Shown: positions 9,130 to 19,889, counted from the first letter of the stretch. The stretch is 64,000 nt of DNA from a bacterium (GCA_963663405.2 CAXXSM010000004.1:1-64000), one strand, 5' to 3'. Notes: generated by a model not told the origin, from the sequence alone. Program-made: numbers and translations.

Positions 9130-9740
9130 GTTTTTTTGAAACGCGGTTCCCTACTCGAATCAGTTATGAGTTAGTTGGTTCCGCCGGGTTTAATACATCC
9201 GTCATTGAATGCGCTTCCGGATTCCGGAAGAGTAATAGCGAGTGGGATGAATCGTTATACACTTTCAAAGCGCATGTCCCCTCGAAGGGTTCTCCCGAAT
9301 GGCGGGAATTTCTATCTTTTTTTCTCGCCATCGCCCAGGGGCAAGCCAATCAATTTCGATTTTATTACATGCCGGATTCAACGTTAGTCGATGAATTAAA
9401 TACCGAACGGCCTTTGATGGAGGCAATCGATTCCACCCATTTTCAACTTGTGAAGCGGTATCAATACGGTCTTGGGCATTACACGCGAACTGTCACTAAG
9501 CCGGTCATGGGGTCCGTGAAACTTTATTATCCGGATGAAAACAGGGTAATTCAGTCTGGGTATACGATGGATTCAACAACCGGGATAGCGACATTTACAG
9601 AGGCTCCCGGATTTACTCCACGGGCGAACTGTGTATTTGATATCCCGTGTATGTTGGGGGGGGATTCTATGGATTTGGCGCGGATCGCTCCCGATGTTAT
9701 GCAGTGGAAAAGTGTCACCATTCAAGAGGTCAGAATTTAA
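9126..9740 (+). CDS. Distal tail protein, DUF2460 (GTA-like)
   Basis: MSFFETRFP, FQLVKRY, RTVTKPV.GSV, TTGIATFTEAP. Confidence 0.88.
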   Translation: MSFFETRFPTRISYELVGSAGFNTSVIECASGFRKSNSEWDESLYTFKAHVPSKGSPEWREFLSFFLAIAQGQANQFRFYYMPDSTLVDELNTERPLMEAIDSTHFQLVKRYQYGLGHYTRTVTKPVMGSVKLYYPDENRVIQSGYTMDSTTGIATFTEAPGFTPRANCVFDIPCMLGGDSMDLARIAPDVMQWKSVTIQEVRI

Positions 9741-9742
9741 CA

Positions 9743-10642
9743 ATGAAAACTGTTTTAAACGCTTCCGATGATGGAACGCTTTTTTTGAATCATCTTGCCC
9801 AGGATCGCACGACGCTTGCGCGGTTGGTGCGGATCGAGCGGCTTGACGGCGTTGTGATTTGTATGACGACGCATGATAAAAACCTTACCTATGATGGGGA
9901 GGTCTACTATTCCAAATTCGGGTATAACCCCAGCGCGATTCGGTCCTCTGCTAGCCTCGCCGTTGATAATCTATCCGTTGAAGGCTTTTTTGAGTTGAAC
10001 GGCGTCCTTCGAAATGATTTGATTGCGGGGCGGTTTGATGGGGCGCTTTGTGATATCTTTCTTGTGAACTGGAACGATGTTTCGATGGGGGCGCTCTGGT
10101 TGAAATCTGGATACTTCGGTTCCGTTGATATCAGTGATTATAAGTACACTGTCGATTTTCTTGATCTCACGCAGAAACTACAGCAGGAAACAGGGCGCGT
10201 GATTCAACCGGGTTGTGATTTGAAACTAGGTTGCGAATTGTGCGGGGTAGATATCGCAAGCGCGGCCTATACGAAAACGGGAACCATAACCGGCGATATT
10301 ACCCCATCGAAAGATACTTTTTCTATCACGATATCCGAGGGGGATACGACAGATGGGTATTACAATTTTGGAATCATTACCTTTGACTCATCTCCCGGCG
10401 GCGGGGATAACTGGTTAATCTTTCGGGAAATTTACGAACAAGAATACGATGATTCGGGTTATCACTCGATTACTCTCTTTCTTCCCTTTCCGTTTGTCCC
10501 TTCGGTTGGTGATACGTTCACAATTTATCCAGGGTGTGACGGTACTCTTCAAACATGTAATAACAAATTTTCGAACGACAGTTTTCAGGGCTTCCCGCAC
10601 GCGGTGACAGAAGAGCAAGCGGCGGATTACGGAACGGGGTAA
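9743..10642 (+). CDS. Tail hub protein, DUF2163 / BR0599 family
   Basis: RLDGVVICMTTHD, GRFDGA, CDLKLGC..CGVD, GCDGTLQTC..KFSN..FQGFP. Confidence 0.9.
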   Translation: MKTVLNASDDGTLFLNHLAQDRTTLARLVRIERLDGVVICMTTHDKNLTYDGEVYYSKFGYNPSAIRSSASLAVDNLSVEGFFELNGVLRNDLIAGRFDGALCDIFLVNWNDVSMGALWLKSGYFGSVDISDYKYTVDFLDLTQKLQQETGRVIQPGCDLKLGCELCGVDIASAAYTKTGTITGDITPSKDTFSITISEGDTTDGYYNFGIITFDSSPGGGDNWLIFREIYEQEYDDSGYHSITLFLPFPFVPSVGDTFTIYPGCDGTLQTCNNKFSNDSFQGFPHAVTEEQAADYGTG

Positions 10643-10644
10643 CT

Positions 10645-13600
10645 ATGCTTGGCGCGATCTTTCCATTTATAGGCGCTTGGGCTGGGTCCGCGTTCGGTAC
10701 GCTGGGAACGTGGTTGGGATGGGGGATCGGTCTCGCTGTTGGGAATAAACTCGATCCGCAATACGCGAAGGCTCCCCGTCTTGACGATCTGTCCGTCCCT
10801 ACGGCTGGGTATGGCGATTCGCTCCCGATGCTTTGGGGAGAGGATAAAATCGCGGAACGCCGGATATGGTCCATCGATTTGATTGAATGCGTGGATACTA
10901 TCGAGGGCGGTCTGTTCGGTTGGTTCGATGTTGGCGAAGTTGTTTATTATCGCGGAACGTGGGCTTCCGCTTTTGTCGATTGCCGGATCACGGGGCAGGT
11001 GGAAGCGTTCAATAAAATTTGGTTCGGCTCCAAACTCTATTACAACAACGCGCCGGATGCGACGCCGAGAGAGAAGGCGGATGCGGCGGCTAAGGTTGCG
11101 CGGGGCGAAGTCGTTTTTTATTATGGCACGGCTACCCAAGGCGTTGATCCCACGATGGAAGCGGTTGAAGGCGTGGGGAATGTCCCTAAGTATAAATACA
11201 CTGGCTATATCCTCTTCAATAACGTCAACCTAAAAAAATATGGGAATACCGCTCCCGGCGTTTATGCGGATATCCTCATGAGCGCGAAGGTCTCCCCGGC
11301 GGAATGGCTCTTCATGAATCCGGGTACCCCTTCCCTTCCCTGGGGGGCGCGGTCCGGGGCGGGGGCGGTTGTTTTTAACGATAAACTTTTCATCATAATG
11401 GGATTGAATAACGCGGGAAATCTCGATGATGTTTATTCTACTTCGGATGGTTCTAACTGGTCTTCTGAAATACCCTTTCCCGGTCAGGCGCGGGATTCCT
11501 TCACGCCGATTGAAATCACTTTCTATAACCCCATCACGTTTGAAACTTATCCTGTTATCGTTGTTTTCGGTGGTTATGGGGGCGGATCGATTCTGTCCGA
11601 TTGTTGGCATTTTAACGGCTCGATATGGGAGCAATGGTCTATAACCGGTGATTCGATCCTTCCGCGGGATTCCTACGCGGCTGTTTACAATCCGGATGAT
11701 GGTTTCATCTATGCGTATGGCGGGGAGGATGGGAACGGGGGCCTTGATAGTACCGGCCACAATCGCGACCTTTGGAGAACCGCCGATGGAATCGGATGGC
11801 ATAAATTAATTTCGAATACGACCGCCGATCAATATTATGCTTCCGGAGCGCATACACGCGCCGGGGCTTCGTTTCTTTATTTTGAAAATTATCTTTGGTT
11901 GATTGGCGGCACGTCTCATAATGTATCCGCTCTCGATTGTCCGATCACCTCGATTAATCCCTCGTTGAATGTGTTCTATATCGAGTACGACCAAACGAGT
12001 GACATACATTCCTATGTCTATGTGACGGGGAGTTATGGGGGAATCAATGATGGATATTGGGAAGTCATCAGCGCTTCCTATGGCGCCGGATATACGGCCA
12101 TTTTTGTGACTGGGAATGTCCAGGCGACCGGCGGGGCATTGGGTACCTTAACAACGGGGCATGAGCCGGGGGGCGTGGGATTTTCGAATGGGGTTTATCG
12201 ATACGATCCATCTACGAACGTTTTCACGGAGATGACGCCGAACCTTACGAATACGGGGATAACTCCAACAAAAATACCAACGTCCAGCGGGGATGTGTGG
12301 GGCGCGGTTGTTTGGAGTAATAAACTTGTTGCATTCGTTCATGGGGAGGGCGGGAAAACAGAAACCTTTTCTAGTGAGGATGGGGAAACGTGGGTCCCGT
12401 GGGCAATCACGCGGGGGGAACACTCGATAACCACCGTGGATACCGGGGCGGATACTTTCACGATTAACGGGGATCAAACGGATTACGTTTCGACCGATGA
12501 CCATTTCTATGTCTACGAATCGACCGGGAACAATGGCCGTTATACAGTCTCTAACGTTTCGTACGATTCCGGAACCAAGAAAACAACGATAACCGTTCAA
12601 GAGGAAATAAACGATTCTTCCCTAGGTACGCTTGTTTTAGTGGCAGAGATGGATGATTTCGCTTCCGGGGCGGGGTATCCCGCCGTGATCGATTTTCTTG
12701 AAGATTGTTATGTGATGGGGGGGGAGCGGGGCGGGATCGCGAACAATGAGATTTATAAGGTTGAAAAGCAAACGGCCGCCGGGGAAGCAGTTTCTCATGC
12801 TACAATCGTTCGCGATTTGTGTCTTGAATCCGGATTGACCGAAGAACAGATTGATGTTAGCGAGATCGAAGAGATTGAGGATAAATCCTTCATCAAGCGG
12901 AATCGAAGCGCTAACCGTAATTCGATAGAACAATTGATGCGGGCCGGGTTGTATGACGCGGTTTCTTCTGATGGGAAAATTAAATTCCCTGCGCGGGGCG
13001 GGGATTCCGTTGTAACGATTCCGGAAACTGTTCTAGGGGCTGTAAGCGCGGGGGATGAATACCCGGATAAGGTCCCTATCAACCGTCAGAACGATTTTGA
13101 ATTACCGTCCCTGGTCAATGTGAATTACATCGATCCGGCGCGGAATTTCGGCTCTGGAACGCAGTCTTATCGAAGGATCGGGGTAACCGCGAATCTCGAA
13201 AAAACGGTTCAATTTGATATCTCGATGACCGCCGATCGAGCGCGTACACTTGCTTTTATTCTTCTTTGGGAGGCGTGGAACTCCCGTCAACAGATTCCGT
13301 TTTCGATTCCGTATACCTATTTGTATCTCGATCCGACCGATGTCATCACTCTCGAAAAGGATGGGGATTCTTACAAGGTCCGTTTGGAGCGGATTGATTA
13401 TATTGACGGGGTTCTCCAATGCGAGAGCGCGTTAGAGGATTCGAGTCTGTATACACGCTCTATCGAGGGGATCGAGAGCGGGGGGAATGTTGACAGCGTC
13501 TCCCCGATCCGGGCGAACACGCGGGGCTTCCTTCTCGATATCCCGAATCTCTTTCCGGATAAATACATTCACTACGGCTTGCATTTCTGCGCGAATCCGG

Positions 13601-14469
13601 AAACCGAAGATAACGAATGGCCGGGGGGGGAACTTTGGATTTCGCGGGATAGCGGCACGACCTATAAACGCTTTGGCCTAGTCCCACAGGCCGCCGTTAC
13701 GGGGATTTGTTCGACTACCCTAGGCGATGGTCTAACCCATCGATGGGATCGGGTTAACTCGATTACGATCACTCTCCAGCATGGCTCTTTGTCCAGCATT
13801 TCAGAAGCCGAAGTGTTGGCCGGGGCGGGGCGGGCCTATGTAGGTAACCTGGATGATCAATGGGAGATCGTTCAGTTTTCAAACGTCGTGGATAACGGGA
13901 ACGGCTCCTATACGCTATCCAATCTACTGCGGGGGCGGCTGGGAACGGAATGGGCTACGGGATTGCACGGCGCGGGGGAAACGTTCATTCTCCTCGATGA
14001 GTCCATTCAAAAAGTTCCGCTTGAAAAAACGGATTTGGGCGTCTCTTTGAAATATAAATTCGTTACGCGGGGGGAAGATAGGGATTCAGTTTCTCCGGTG
14101 AACTTCACTTGTAATTTTGTCTGTAAGAAACCATACGCGCCGGGGGCGTTGGAAGCGGTCCCCGATGGATTTGGAAATTGGATTATTACTTGGCTCAGGC
14201 GCTCCCCGTTGGGTTACGCGATTGGGGAGGGTGACACTTCGGAACTGGGGGATATCCGCTTCAAGATCGTGATAACCGCGAACGGGAGAACGCTCAATAT
14301 TCCATTGCGCGTATACGGAACGGGGGATAACTATCGTCCTACCCTTTTCCTGAATCGTCAGAATCAATACTACGGTCTAGGGGGCTTGGCGTCTTCCATC
14401 GATGTTTCCATCGTTCAGCAAAATGAAATTCTTGACGGCTATGAAAGCGCGGGGAGTTTTAGTCAATGA
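10645..14469 (+). CDS. Tail tip / host-specificity protein (GTA megatron-like) with inserted Kelch-like propeller
   Basis: PRLDDL.V....YG..LP N-terminus; WEIVQF...NLLRGRLGTE C-terminus; central GG/W Kelch-like repeats. Confidence 0.88.
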   Translation: MLGAIFPFIGAWAGSAFGTLGTWLGWGIGLAVGNKLDPQYAKAPRLDDLSVPTAGYGDSLPMLWGEDKIAERRIWSIDLIECVDTIEGGLFGWFDVGEVVYYRGTWASAFVDCRITGQVEAFNKIWFGSKLYYNNAPDATPREKADAAAKVARGEVVFYYGTATQGVDPTMEAVEGVGNVPKYKYTGYILFNNVNLKKYGNTAPGVYADILMSAKVSPAEWLFMNPGTPSLPWGARSGAGAVVFNDKLFIIMGLNNAGNLDDVYSTSDGSNWSSEIPFPGQARDSFTPIEITFYNPITFETYPVIVVFGGYGGGSILSDCWHFNGSIWEQWSITGDSILPRDSYAAVYNPDDGFIYAYGGEDGNGGLDSTGHNRDLWRTADGIGWHKLISNTTADQYYASGAHTRAGASFLYFENYLWLIGGTSHNVSALDCPITSINPSLNVFYIEYDQTSDIHSYVYVTGSYGGINDGYWEVISASYGAGYTAIFVTGNVQATGGALGTLTTGHEPGGVGFSNGVYRYDPSTNVFTEMTPNLTNTGITPTKIPTSSGDVWGAVVWSNKLVAFVHGEGGKTETFSSEDGETWVPWAITRGEHSITTVDTGADTFTINGDQTDYVSTDDHFYVYESTGNNGRYTVSNVSYDSGTKKTTITVQEEINDSSLGTLVLVAEMDDFASGAGYPAVIDFLEDCYVMGGERGGIANNEIYKVEKQTAAGEAVSHATIVRDLCLESGLTEEQIDVSEIEEIEDKSFIKRNRSANRNSIEQLMRAGLYDAVSSDGKIKFPARGGDSVVTIPETVLGAVSAGDEYPDKVPINRQNDFELPSLVNVNYIDPARNFGSGTQSYRRIGVTANLEKTVQFDISMTADRARTLAFILLWEAWNSRQQIPFSIPYTYLYLDPTDVITLEKDGDSYKVRLERIDYIDGVLQCESALEDSSLYTRSIEGIESGGNVDSVSPIRANTRGFLLDIPNLFPDKYIHYGLHFCANPETEDNEWPGGELWISRDSGTTYKRFGLVPQAAVTGICSTTLGDGLTHRWDRVNSITITLQHGSLSSISEAEVLAGAGRAYVGNLDDQWEIVQFSNVVDNGNGSYTLSNLLRGRLGTEWATGLHGAGETFILLDESIQKVPLEKTDLGVSLKYKFVTRGEDRDSVSPVNFTCNFVCKKPYAPGALEAVPDGFGNWIITWLRRSPLGYAIGEGDTSELGDIRFKIVITANGRTLNIPLRVYGTGDNYRPTLFLNRQNQYYGLGGLASSIDVSIVQQNEILDGYESAGSFSQ

Positions 14470-15038
14470 CTGCGACACTCGAAATAATAACCGGGAATAC
14501 TACCCAAATTGAAATCCCACTCAATGAGAATTTCCGTCAATTGTGGGTATTGCTATCTGAGGGAATCGCAACCAATGATCTTAACGCGCCGGTGACTATC
14601 GCCCTTACGGGGCTGAGTGTCACGGCGGCGAATTCGGATAGTTCTTTCACAACAACCGGTGACGCCTTCGCCGATATTGTGGCTGGGATGTGGGTTACTA
14701 TGGCCGGGTTTTCGTCTAACGATGAGAACAACGGGAAATTTTTAGTAACCTCGAAGGTCTCTGATAATAAGATCATTTGTTCTTCCCCCAGCGAAGGGGA
14801 AATCCAGGATGAGAGCGGTTCCGGAATTTCCGTTACGGCGCCAAGCGAAGGTGACACCTACATTGTAGGTTCTTCCCCATCGGGGGCATGGGATGGTTAT
14901 CAAGGCTATGTCGCCGATTATCAGAACGGGGCATGGTCTTTTTATGAACTCCAGGTGGGGAATCAAATCTATTGTCATGCGGATGGGGCTTACCTCGATT
15001 GCTCTAAGGATGGTTCCGGAAACTATCAATGGTCATGA
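14466..15038 (+). CDS. DUF2793-like tail protein with inserted beta domain
   Basis: PSEGDTYIVGSSPSGAWDG...YQNGAWSF. Confidence 0.75.
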   Translation: MTATLEIITGNTTQIEIPLNENFRQLWVLLSEGIATNDLNAPVTIALTGLSVTAANSDSSFTTTGDAFADIVAGMWVTMAGFSSNDENNGKFLVTSKVSDNKIICSSPSEGEIQDESGSGISVTAPSEGDTYIVGSSPSGAWDGYQGYVADYQNGAWSFYELQVGNQIYCHADGAYLDCSKDGSGNYQWS

Positions 15039-15373
15039 GTCTTACTCTGCGGATACTCAATCTATTTTATGAATTCATCGATTGCCGTGGGGCGACAATC
15101 CGGGGCGCGCATGTCGAGAAATCGGATACGGGATGGGAATCGACCGGCGGGGAAACGGTCTTTTCTATCGGGGAGAAATTTGTATCCGGATCGACAGAAC
15201 TATTTATTAATAAGACTCCAAGGCTTTTGAAAACCGAGAAAACGGAAGAATTGGATATCTACGATTATGAAGAATCGAATGGGAATACGACCATTACAAT
15301 CCGTCAGGCGGTTGGCTCTGAGGATTTCCCTGCTGTACTTTATTGCCGTTACACTCCTCTTCGGAATTATTAA
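15035..15373 (+). CDS. Phage hypothetical protein
   Basis: ATGA overlap with upstream stop; beta-rich. Confidence 0.6.
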   Translation: MSLTLRILNLFYEFIDCRGATIRGAHVEKSDTGWESTGGETVFSIGEKFVSGSTELFINKTPRLLKTEKTEELDIYDYEESNGNTTITIRQAVGSEDFPAVLYCRYTPLRNY

Positions 15374-17228
15374 CTGTTTCGCGGGGGAGTATGAACCGGG
15401 TTGGCCGGGGAATGTACAGTACGGGGGGCGGTTGCGAGCGCTTCCGGCGGTCTATTACTATGACCTGGTTCGGCTCGATCAACTCAATGAGGCTATCGAG
15501 GCGCTTGAAGGCGGGCAGGTTGCGCCGATTCCCGGCGGGGCGGGAGCGGTTTTCGATATCGTTCACGGTCTTAATACGGAATTTCCCATCGTTCAAATTT
15601 ATGTAATCGAGTCTCTGAAAATCGCGGGGGGCGTGGATATCGAGTATCTCGATTCGGATACGATCCGGATAACATTCTCGACGCCTCCAGAACCGAATCA
15701 ATATATGGTTGTTTGTCGAAGGTCCCTTACAACGGTTAGCGGGATCGGGGATGGAGTTTCGACGGATTACACGATAGAAACCGGCTTAAATAGCGCGTAT
15801 TGGCTGTTTTCCATTCGCAGGGCTAACGGATCAAAAAAAGAGATATCTCCCGAAGTCCGCAGAGAATCGGCGACGGAAGCCACTTTCATTTTTAATACGA
15901 TCCCCAGCGAGGATGAATATTTGGTTTCGTTTCTCCCGGCGGCGGCGTCCGAAGTAATCGGCGGCGGAACGTCTGAATATACCATCGAACACGGGCTATC
16001 TAACCCGATCTGTCAGGTCTTCGAGAATGGGGGCGCGGGACGGTTTGTTCCCGTCGATGTTGTGCATGAATCGAGCGGGGCGGTTACTGTGCGGTTTTCC
16101 TATTCTCCGGGGGCGGGGGCGTTCATTGCGTTATTCGCCGATGTGGAGGATAAAACCTTCGAGCGCGCCTATCTCCTCAATGGGAGTAACGCGGGGGAAT
16201 TGTCTCCGGATGTTCCGCATGGGAGTCCCCTGGTTGATTTTTATTTTAAGAATTCATATACCGTAGAAACCGCAACGGCGGCGATATTTTCCGCGTCCCG
16301 ATATGATCTAGGTGATTATCATGGATTCGAATCCTACCTTACAATCGAGGACACTTTCTCCGTCTGGAAATCTTCACTCGATATTTATCTTGATTCGCCG
16401 AAATTGCGTCTCTCAAATACCATCGAGTTTGATGATATCACGGGCACAAAAATATTATTCTATTCGCACAGTTATGGAATCGATATCGCTCCCTACACAC
16501 TAAAAATCTATTCGGATCGTTGGTTCGAATTCGGGAGTGATGAGAATCCGGATTCGATGATGTTACAGGGGGATAATGGGGATTTGTATTTGGAGGGGAA
16601 TTTGTATGTCTCTGGATTGATCTCGAATTCCACATTGACCGGCGCTTACATTCCACTGATTACTTCGCCGGTTGACGGTAAGTTTCCATTGATGGATAGC
16701 GATGGGCAGTTAGTCACAAGCGCCTATGGTCCGTCCAGTTTTGCGGAGGATGACCACAACCATGACGATGAATATTCTGCACTCGGTCACACTCACAATT
16801 ACATTTCTCAGATTTCTTCCCCTTCCTCTGGCAATTTTCCCGTAATGGATGCGGGGGGCGAATTAGATTCTAGTGGATACGGTCCGGGGGATTTTCTTCG
16901 TACTGATGGTTCGAATGACATGAATGGCGATCTGGATATGAATGGAAATGATTTGGAGGCGATTGGCACAGCGGATATTGATACGCTTGAATACAGCGGT
17001 GGAACTTCGATTATTGTTACAGATAACTTTGATATGGATAACAACAAAATCGAGGATTGCATGGAAATCGACGCGGATTTTTATGTTGTGAATGGCACGA
17101 ATGGAGTCTCTTCAACATTTACAGTTATAACGGATATTGATTTTACCGGAGAACAATTTAAAACACGCACGATCACAGTCACATGGGGAATCGTGACAGG
17201 TGTAAGCGCTGAAAGTGGGTGGCAATAA
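15267..17228 (+). CDS. Tail fibre-like protein with N-terminal signal-like segment
   Basis: Three I.H/TGL.....Q repeats, DDHNHDD/GHTH metal-type motifs, MNGDLDMNGN repeat; start uncertain. Confidence 0.75.
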   Translation: MKNRMGIRPLQSVRRLALRISLLYFIAVTLLFGIINCFAGEYEPGWPGNVQYGGRLRALPAVYYYDLVRLDQLNEAIEALEGGQVAPIPGGAGAVFDIVHGLNTEFPIVQIYVIESLKIAGGVDIEYLDSDTIRITFSTPPEPNQYMVVCRRSLTTVSGIGDGVSTDYTIETGLNSAYWLFSIRRANGSKKEISPEVRRESATEATFIFNTIPSEDEYLVSFLPAAASEVIGGGTSEYTIEHGLSNPICQVFENGGAGRFVPVDVVHESSGAVTVRFSYSPGAGAFIALFADVEDKTFERAYLLNGSNAGELSPDVPHGSPLVDFYFKNSYTVETATAAIFSASRYDLGDYHGFESYLTIEDTFSVWKSSLDIYLDSPKLRLSNTIEFDDITGTKILFYSHSYGIDIAPYTLKIYSDRWFEFGSDENPDSMMLQGDNGDLYLEGNLYVSGLISNSTLTGAYIPLITSPVDGKFPLMDSDGQLVTSAYGPSSFAEDDHNHDDEYSALGHTHNYISQISSPSSGNFPVMDAGGELDSSGYGPGDFLRTDGSNDMNGDLDMNGNDLEAIGTADIDTLEYSGGTSIIVTDNFDMDNNKIEDCMEIDADFYVVNGTNGVSSTFTVITDIDFTGEQFKTRTITVTWGIVTGVSAESGWQ

Positions 17229-17229
17229 A

Positions 17230-19128
17230 ATGAAAAAACTTACCATTCTAATTTACGTTTTAACTTTAACCGGGATGGTCTATGCTGACCGTTCCGTCCC
17301 TTCCCATCAGGACGGGGGGGGAACGTCCGATTTGAAAAACTTTCGGGTTGTGGGGCCGATTTATATTATCAACGCTACTCATGGGATTTTTGAAAACGCG
17401 GGGGCGGAAATCGTTGACATTACAAGCGTCTTAAGCGTTACAAATACAATCAATTTGATCGGCACAGGGAGCAATCATCCTCGATTTAATTTTTGGAATG
17501 GGGAAGGCAACATAGGTTTCATCCTGTTGGCCTTACAAAATAACGCGGGGTTTGCTGGCTCTGCGCCGAATGACATGATTATCAAAAACGCTTCCTCGAA
17601 CGCGCTTCGATTTGGCACAAATTCAACGGAACGATTTACGATTTTAGGAAATGGATATACGGGCTTCGGCGCGGTCAATCCACAAAAAAATTTACACGCT
17701 CACAAATCTTCCAGTGGTGAAATTTTCTTATTATTTACGAATGCAACGACGGGAAGTTCGGCTTCAAGTGGTTGGCAATATGGGGTCGATCAGAATGAGA
17801 AAGGCTCAATATGGGGTTTCGGTAATTATCCATTTTATTTGGGCGTAAACAATATGACTGCATTTACATTAGATAGTAATTTGATAGCTAAATTTTGGGG
17901 GCCGGAAGTACATATAGATAGAGCGGGGGTAGGCGATGGATTTTTTAAATCTACCGCTTCTACCGGATATGATACCGGTTTTGATTTTTGTGAAGGCTCG
18001 ACCGATGGATTAAATTGGCGGGCGTTTGTTGATGGGGATGATTCCGATAAATTTAAAATGATTGATTCCGCTAGTCAACCTATTGTGACATTCACGAATA
18101 GTGGAAACATCGTTTTTAATGCTACTAACGGCCTGACAGCAAAAGCCGAAGGGACTAATTATTCAATTATCTATAATAAACAATTCTATGATAACGGTGT
18201 ACATGCCCCAGTGTATCGAACAGTAAAAGGCAGGGGGACAGAGAGCAGCCCATCACAAATAAAAGATCATGATATTTTATCGATTCAACAAGTAGCAGGG
18301 TATAACAATACCCCAGAACTTGTTAATGCAGGTCAACTCGTTTGGTATGCAACCGGAGATTGGACCGCAACAAATGAGGGATGTGTTTTATACGTACAAC
18401 CTACAGGTTACGGAAATTATAATCGTACAACTATCGCCGGATTTTATGGTGAAGGTGTGGCTATTGGCGGTGGTGGGGTTGGCGATACAGATAATTATGA
18501 GTTATTTGTCACTGGAAATATTGCGTATACGGGGACCTGCGGCGCTCCTTCTTCCCGTATCACTAAACGGGAAATCAAACCTCTAACCGATCCGGAAAAA
18601 GAAAACCTTTTAAATGAACTCGATTCCCTCGAATTGCAGTCCTTTAAATATCGTACTCCTAAAGAAAAATCGATTAACGATTTCGAGAATACTATCGAGG
18701 CTTTCCAGGTTAAAGATTTCGTTGATTTCTACGTATATGACGAGGTTACGGATTCCACAAAAAACGTTCCTATCGAGGTTTCTCGAATGGAAAATCGAGT
18801 AACCCAAACCAGGGCGGAAAAATTGGAGAAATACAACGCGAGGAGGGAAGCCGCACAAACCGCAAGGCATTACACCATCACACGGACCGGAGTAATGACC
18901 GATGACCTTCCCCCCGATAGTCCCATGTTTTTTGAACGCAAAAACGGGCGGCGTGATTTATCGCTCGATGGAACGGCTCAACAAACGATTTCATATGTTA
19001 AATTAATTCGGGAAGAACAGTTAAGAGACCGTGAGCGTATCAATACACTCGAAGCCAAAAATAGAGAGTTGCTGAAACGGATCGAGGCGCTTGAAACGAA
19101 AATGACAAACGGGGGCCGGAATGAATGA
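17230..19128 (+). CDS. Tail fibre with probable peptidase S74 intramolecular chaperone; signal-peptide-like N-terminus
   Basis: ERFTILGNGYTGFG..NPQKNLH fibre motif; PSSRITKREIKPL cleavage-like motif; C-terminal coiled coil. Confidence 0.8.
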   Translation: MKKLTILIYVLTLTGMVYADRSVPSHQDGGGTSDLKNFRVVGPIYIINATHGIFENAGAEIVDITSVLSVTNTINLIGTGSNHPRFNFWNGEGNIGFILLALQNNAGFAGSAPNDMIIKNASSNALRFGTNSTERFTILGNGYTGFGAVNPQKNLHAHKSSSGEIFLLFTNATTGSSASSGWQYGVDQNEKGSIWGFGNYPFYLGVNNMTAFTLDSNLIAKFWGPEVHIDRAGVGDGFFKSTASTGYDTGFDFCEGSTDGLNWRAFVDGDDSDKFKMIDSASQPIVTFTNSGNIVFNATNGLTAKAEGTNYSIIYNKQFYDNGVHAPVYRTVKGRGTESSPSQIKDHDILSIQQVAGYNNTPELVNAGQLVWYATGDWTATNEGCVLYVQPTGYGNYNRTTIAGFYGEGVAIGGGGVGDTDNYELFVTGNIAYTGTCGAPSSRITKREIKPLTDPEKENLLNELDSLELQSFKYRTPKEKSINDFENTIEAFQVKDFVDFYVYDEVTDSTKNVPIEVSRMENRVTQTRAEKLEKYNARREAAQTARHYTITRTGVMTDDLPPDSPMFFERKNGRRDLSLDGTAQQTISYVKLIREEQLRDRERINTLEAKNRELLKRIEALETKMTNGGRNE

Positions 19129-19417
19129 TAATAATACGTGTTCGTGTTCGATTTTTGGAAATGGTGATGGGGTAAAAAAGGGGATCGAATGGAAAGGTCA
19201 TATAGACCATCGGATTAATGAGGTTGAAAAAATGATTGAAATATTATTTGAAAAAATGGATAAACGGGATAAAAAAATTGAAGAAAACCTCAAAGAAATG
19301 AGAAATACGCAGAATCAGATTTTTAGTAAACTCTCATGGATTCATGGAGTTGTTATCGGGATCGGGGCTATCGTGTCTCTCGCTCTTGCTTTCTATAAAC
19401 TCTTCCCAGGTGGATAG
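19121..19417 (+). CDS. Putative holin (coiled coil plus C-terminal TM, XhlA-like architecture)
   Basis: Single C-terminal TM; directly upstream of endolysin. Confidence 0.6.
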   Translation: MNDNNTCSCSIFGNGDGVKKGIEWKGHIDHRINEVEKMIEILFEKMDKRDKKIEENLKEMRNTQNQIFSKLSWIHGVVIGIGAIVSLALAFYKLFPGG

Positions 19418-19420
19418 ATT

Positions 19421-19888
19421 ATGAGTGAACAAATATGGATCGAAATAGAAAGTATCGGCTGTAATTGTGGATGCGGCTTCAATGCGATTCATCCCAAAAT
19501 TCTTGGGATGGTGGAATCTCTCGCCTATCGAATCATGTTACCGATTCGAATCATCAGTTTTTGCCGATGCGAAGCCCACAACAGATCAGAGGGCGGGGCG
19601 GCGGATAGCGGTCACCTTCCGTATTTCTGGGTAACGATCATCGATCGGATTCGAGCCGCCGGGAAAATGGTTCGCAAGATGATTTTAAAACCGGATACAT
19701 ACCGCGTGGGGATCGCGGTGGATGTTACGTGTCAGGATTGCGAACGGCTTTATAACAGCGCGATAGATTCGGGGGAATGGACCGGCGTGATTTGGTATAA
19801 GTACAAAAACAAAAAGCGGGATCGCTTGCATCTCGATTTGAAACCGCGAACCGAACCGTATTATAAAATTCTCGAAATGGCGGCTTGA
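19421..19888 (+). CDS. Endolysin, peptidase M15A family
   Basis: C.CGCG, S.CRC.AHN...GGA..S.H, AVD, LHLD zinc-peptidase motifs. Confidence 0.85.
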   Translation: MSEQIWIEIESIGCNCGCGFNAIHPKILGMVESLAYRIMLPIRIISFCRCEAHNRSEGGAADSGHLPYFWVTIIDRIRAAGKMVRKMILKPDTYRVGIAVDVTCQDCERLYNSAIDSGEWTGVIWYKYKNKKRDRLHLDLKPRTEPYYKILEMAA

Positions 19889-19889
19889 T

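Noticed and set aside
1-15038. Gene transfer agent rather than prophage
   Set aside because: Long TP901-type tape measure, fibres, lysis cassette and nearby tRNA att fit a prophage; only the tail tip is GTA-like
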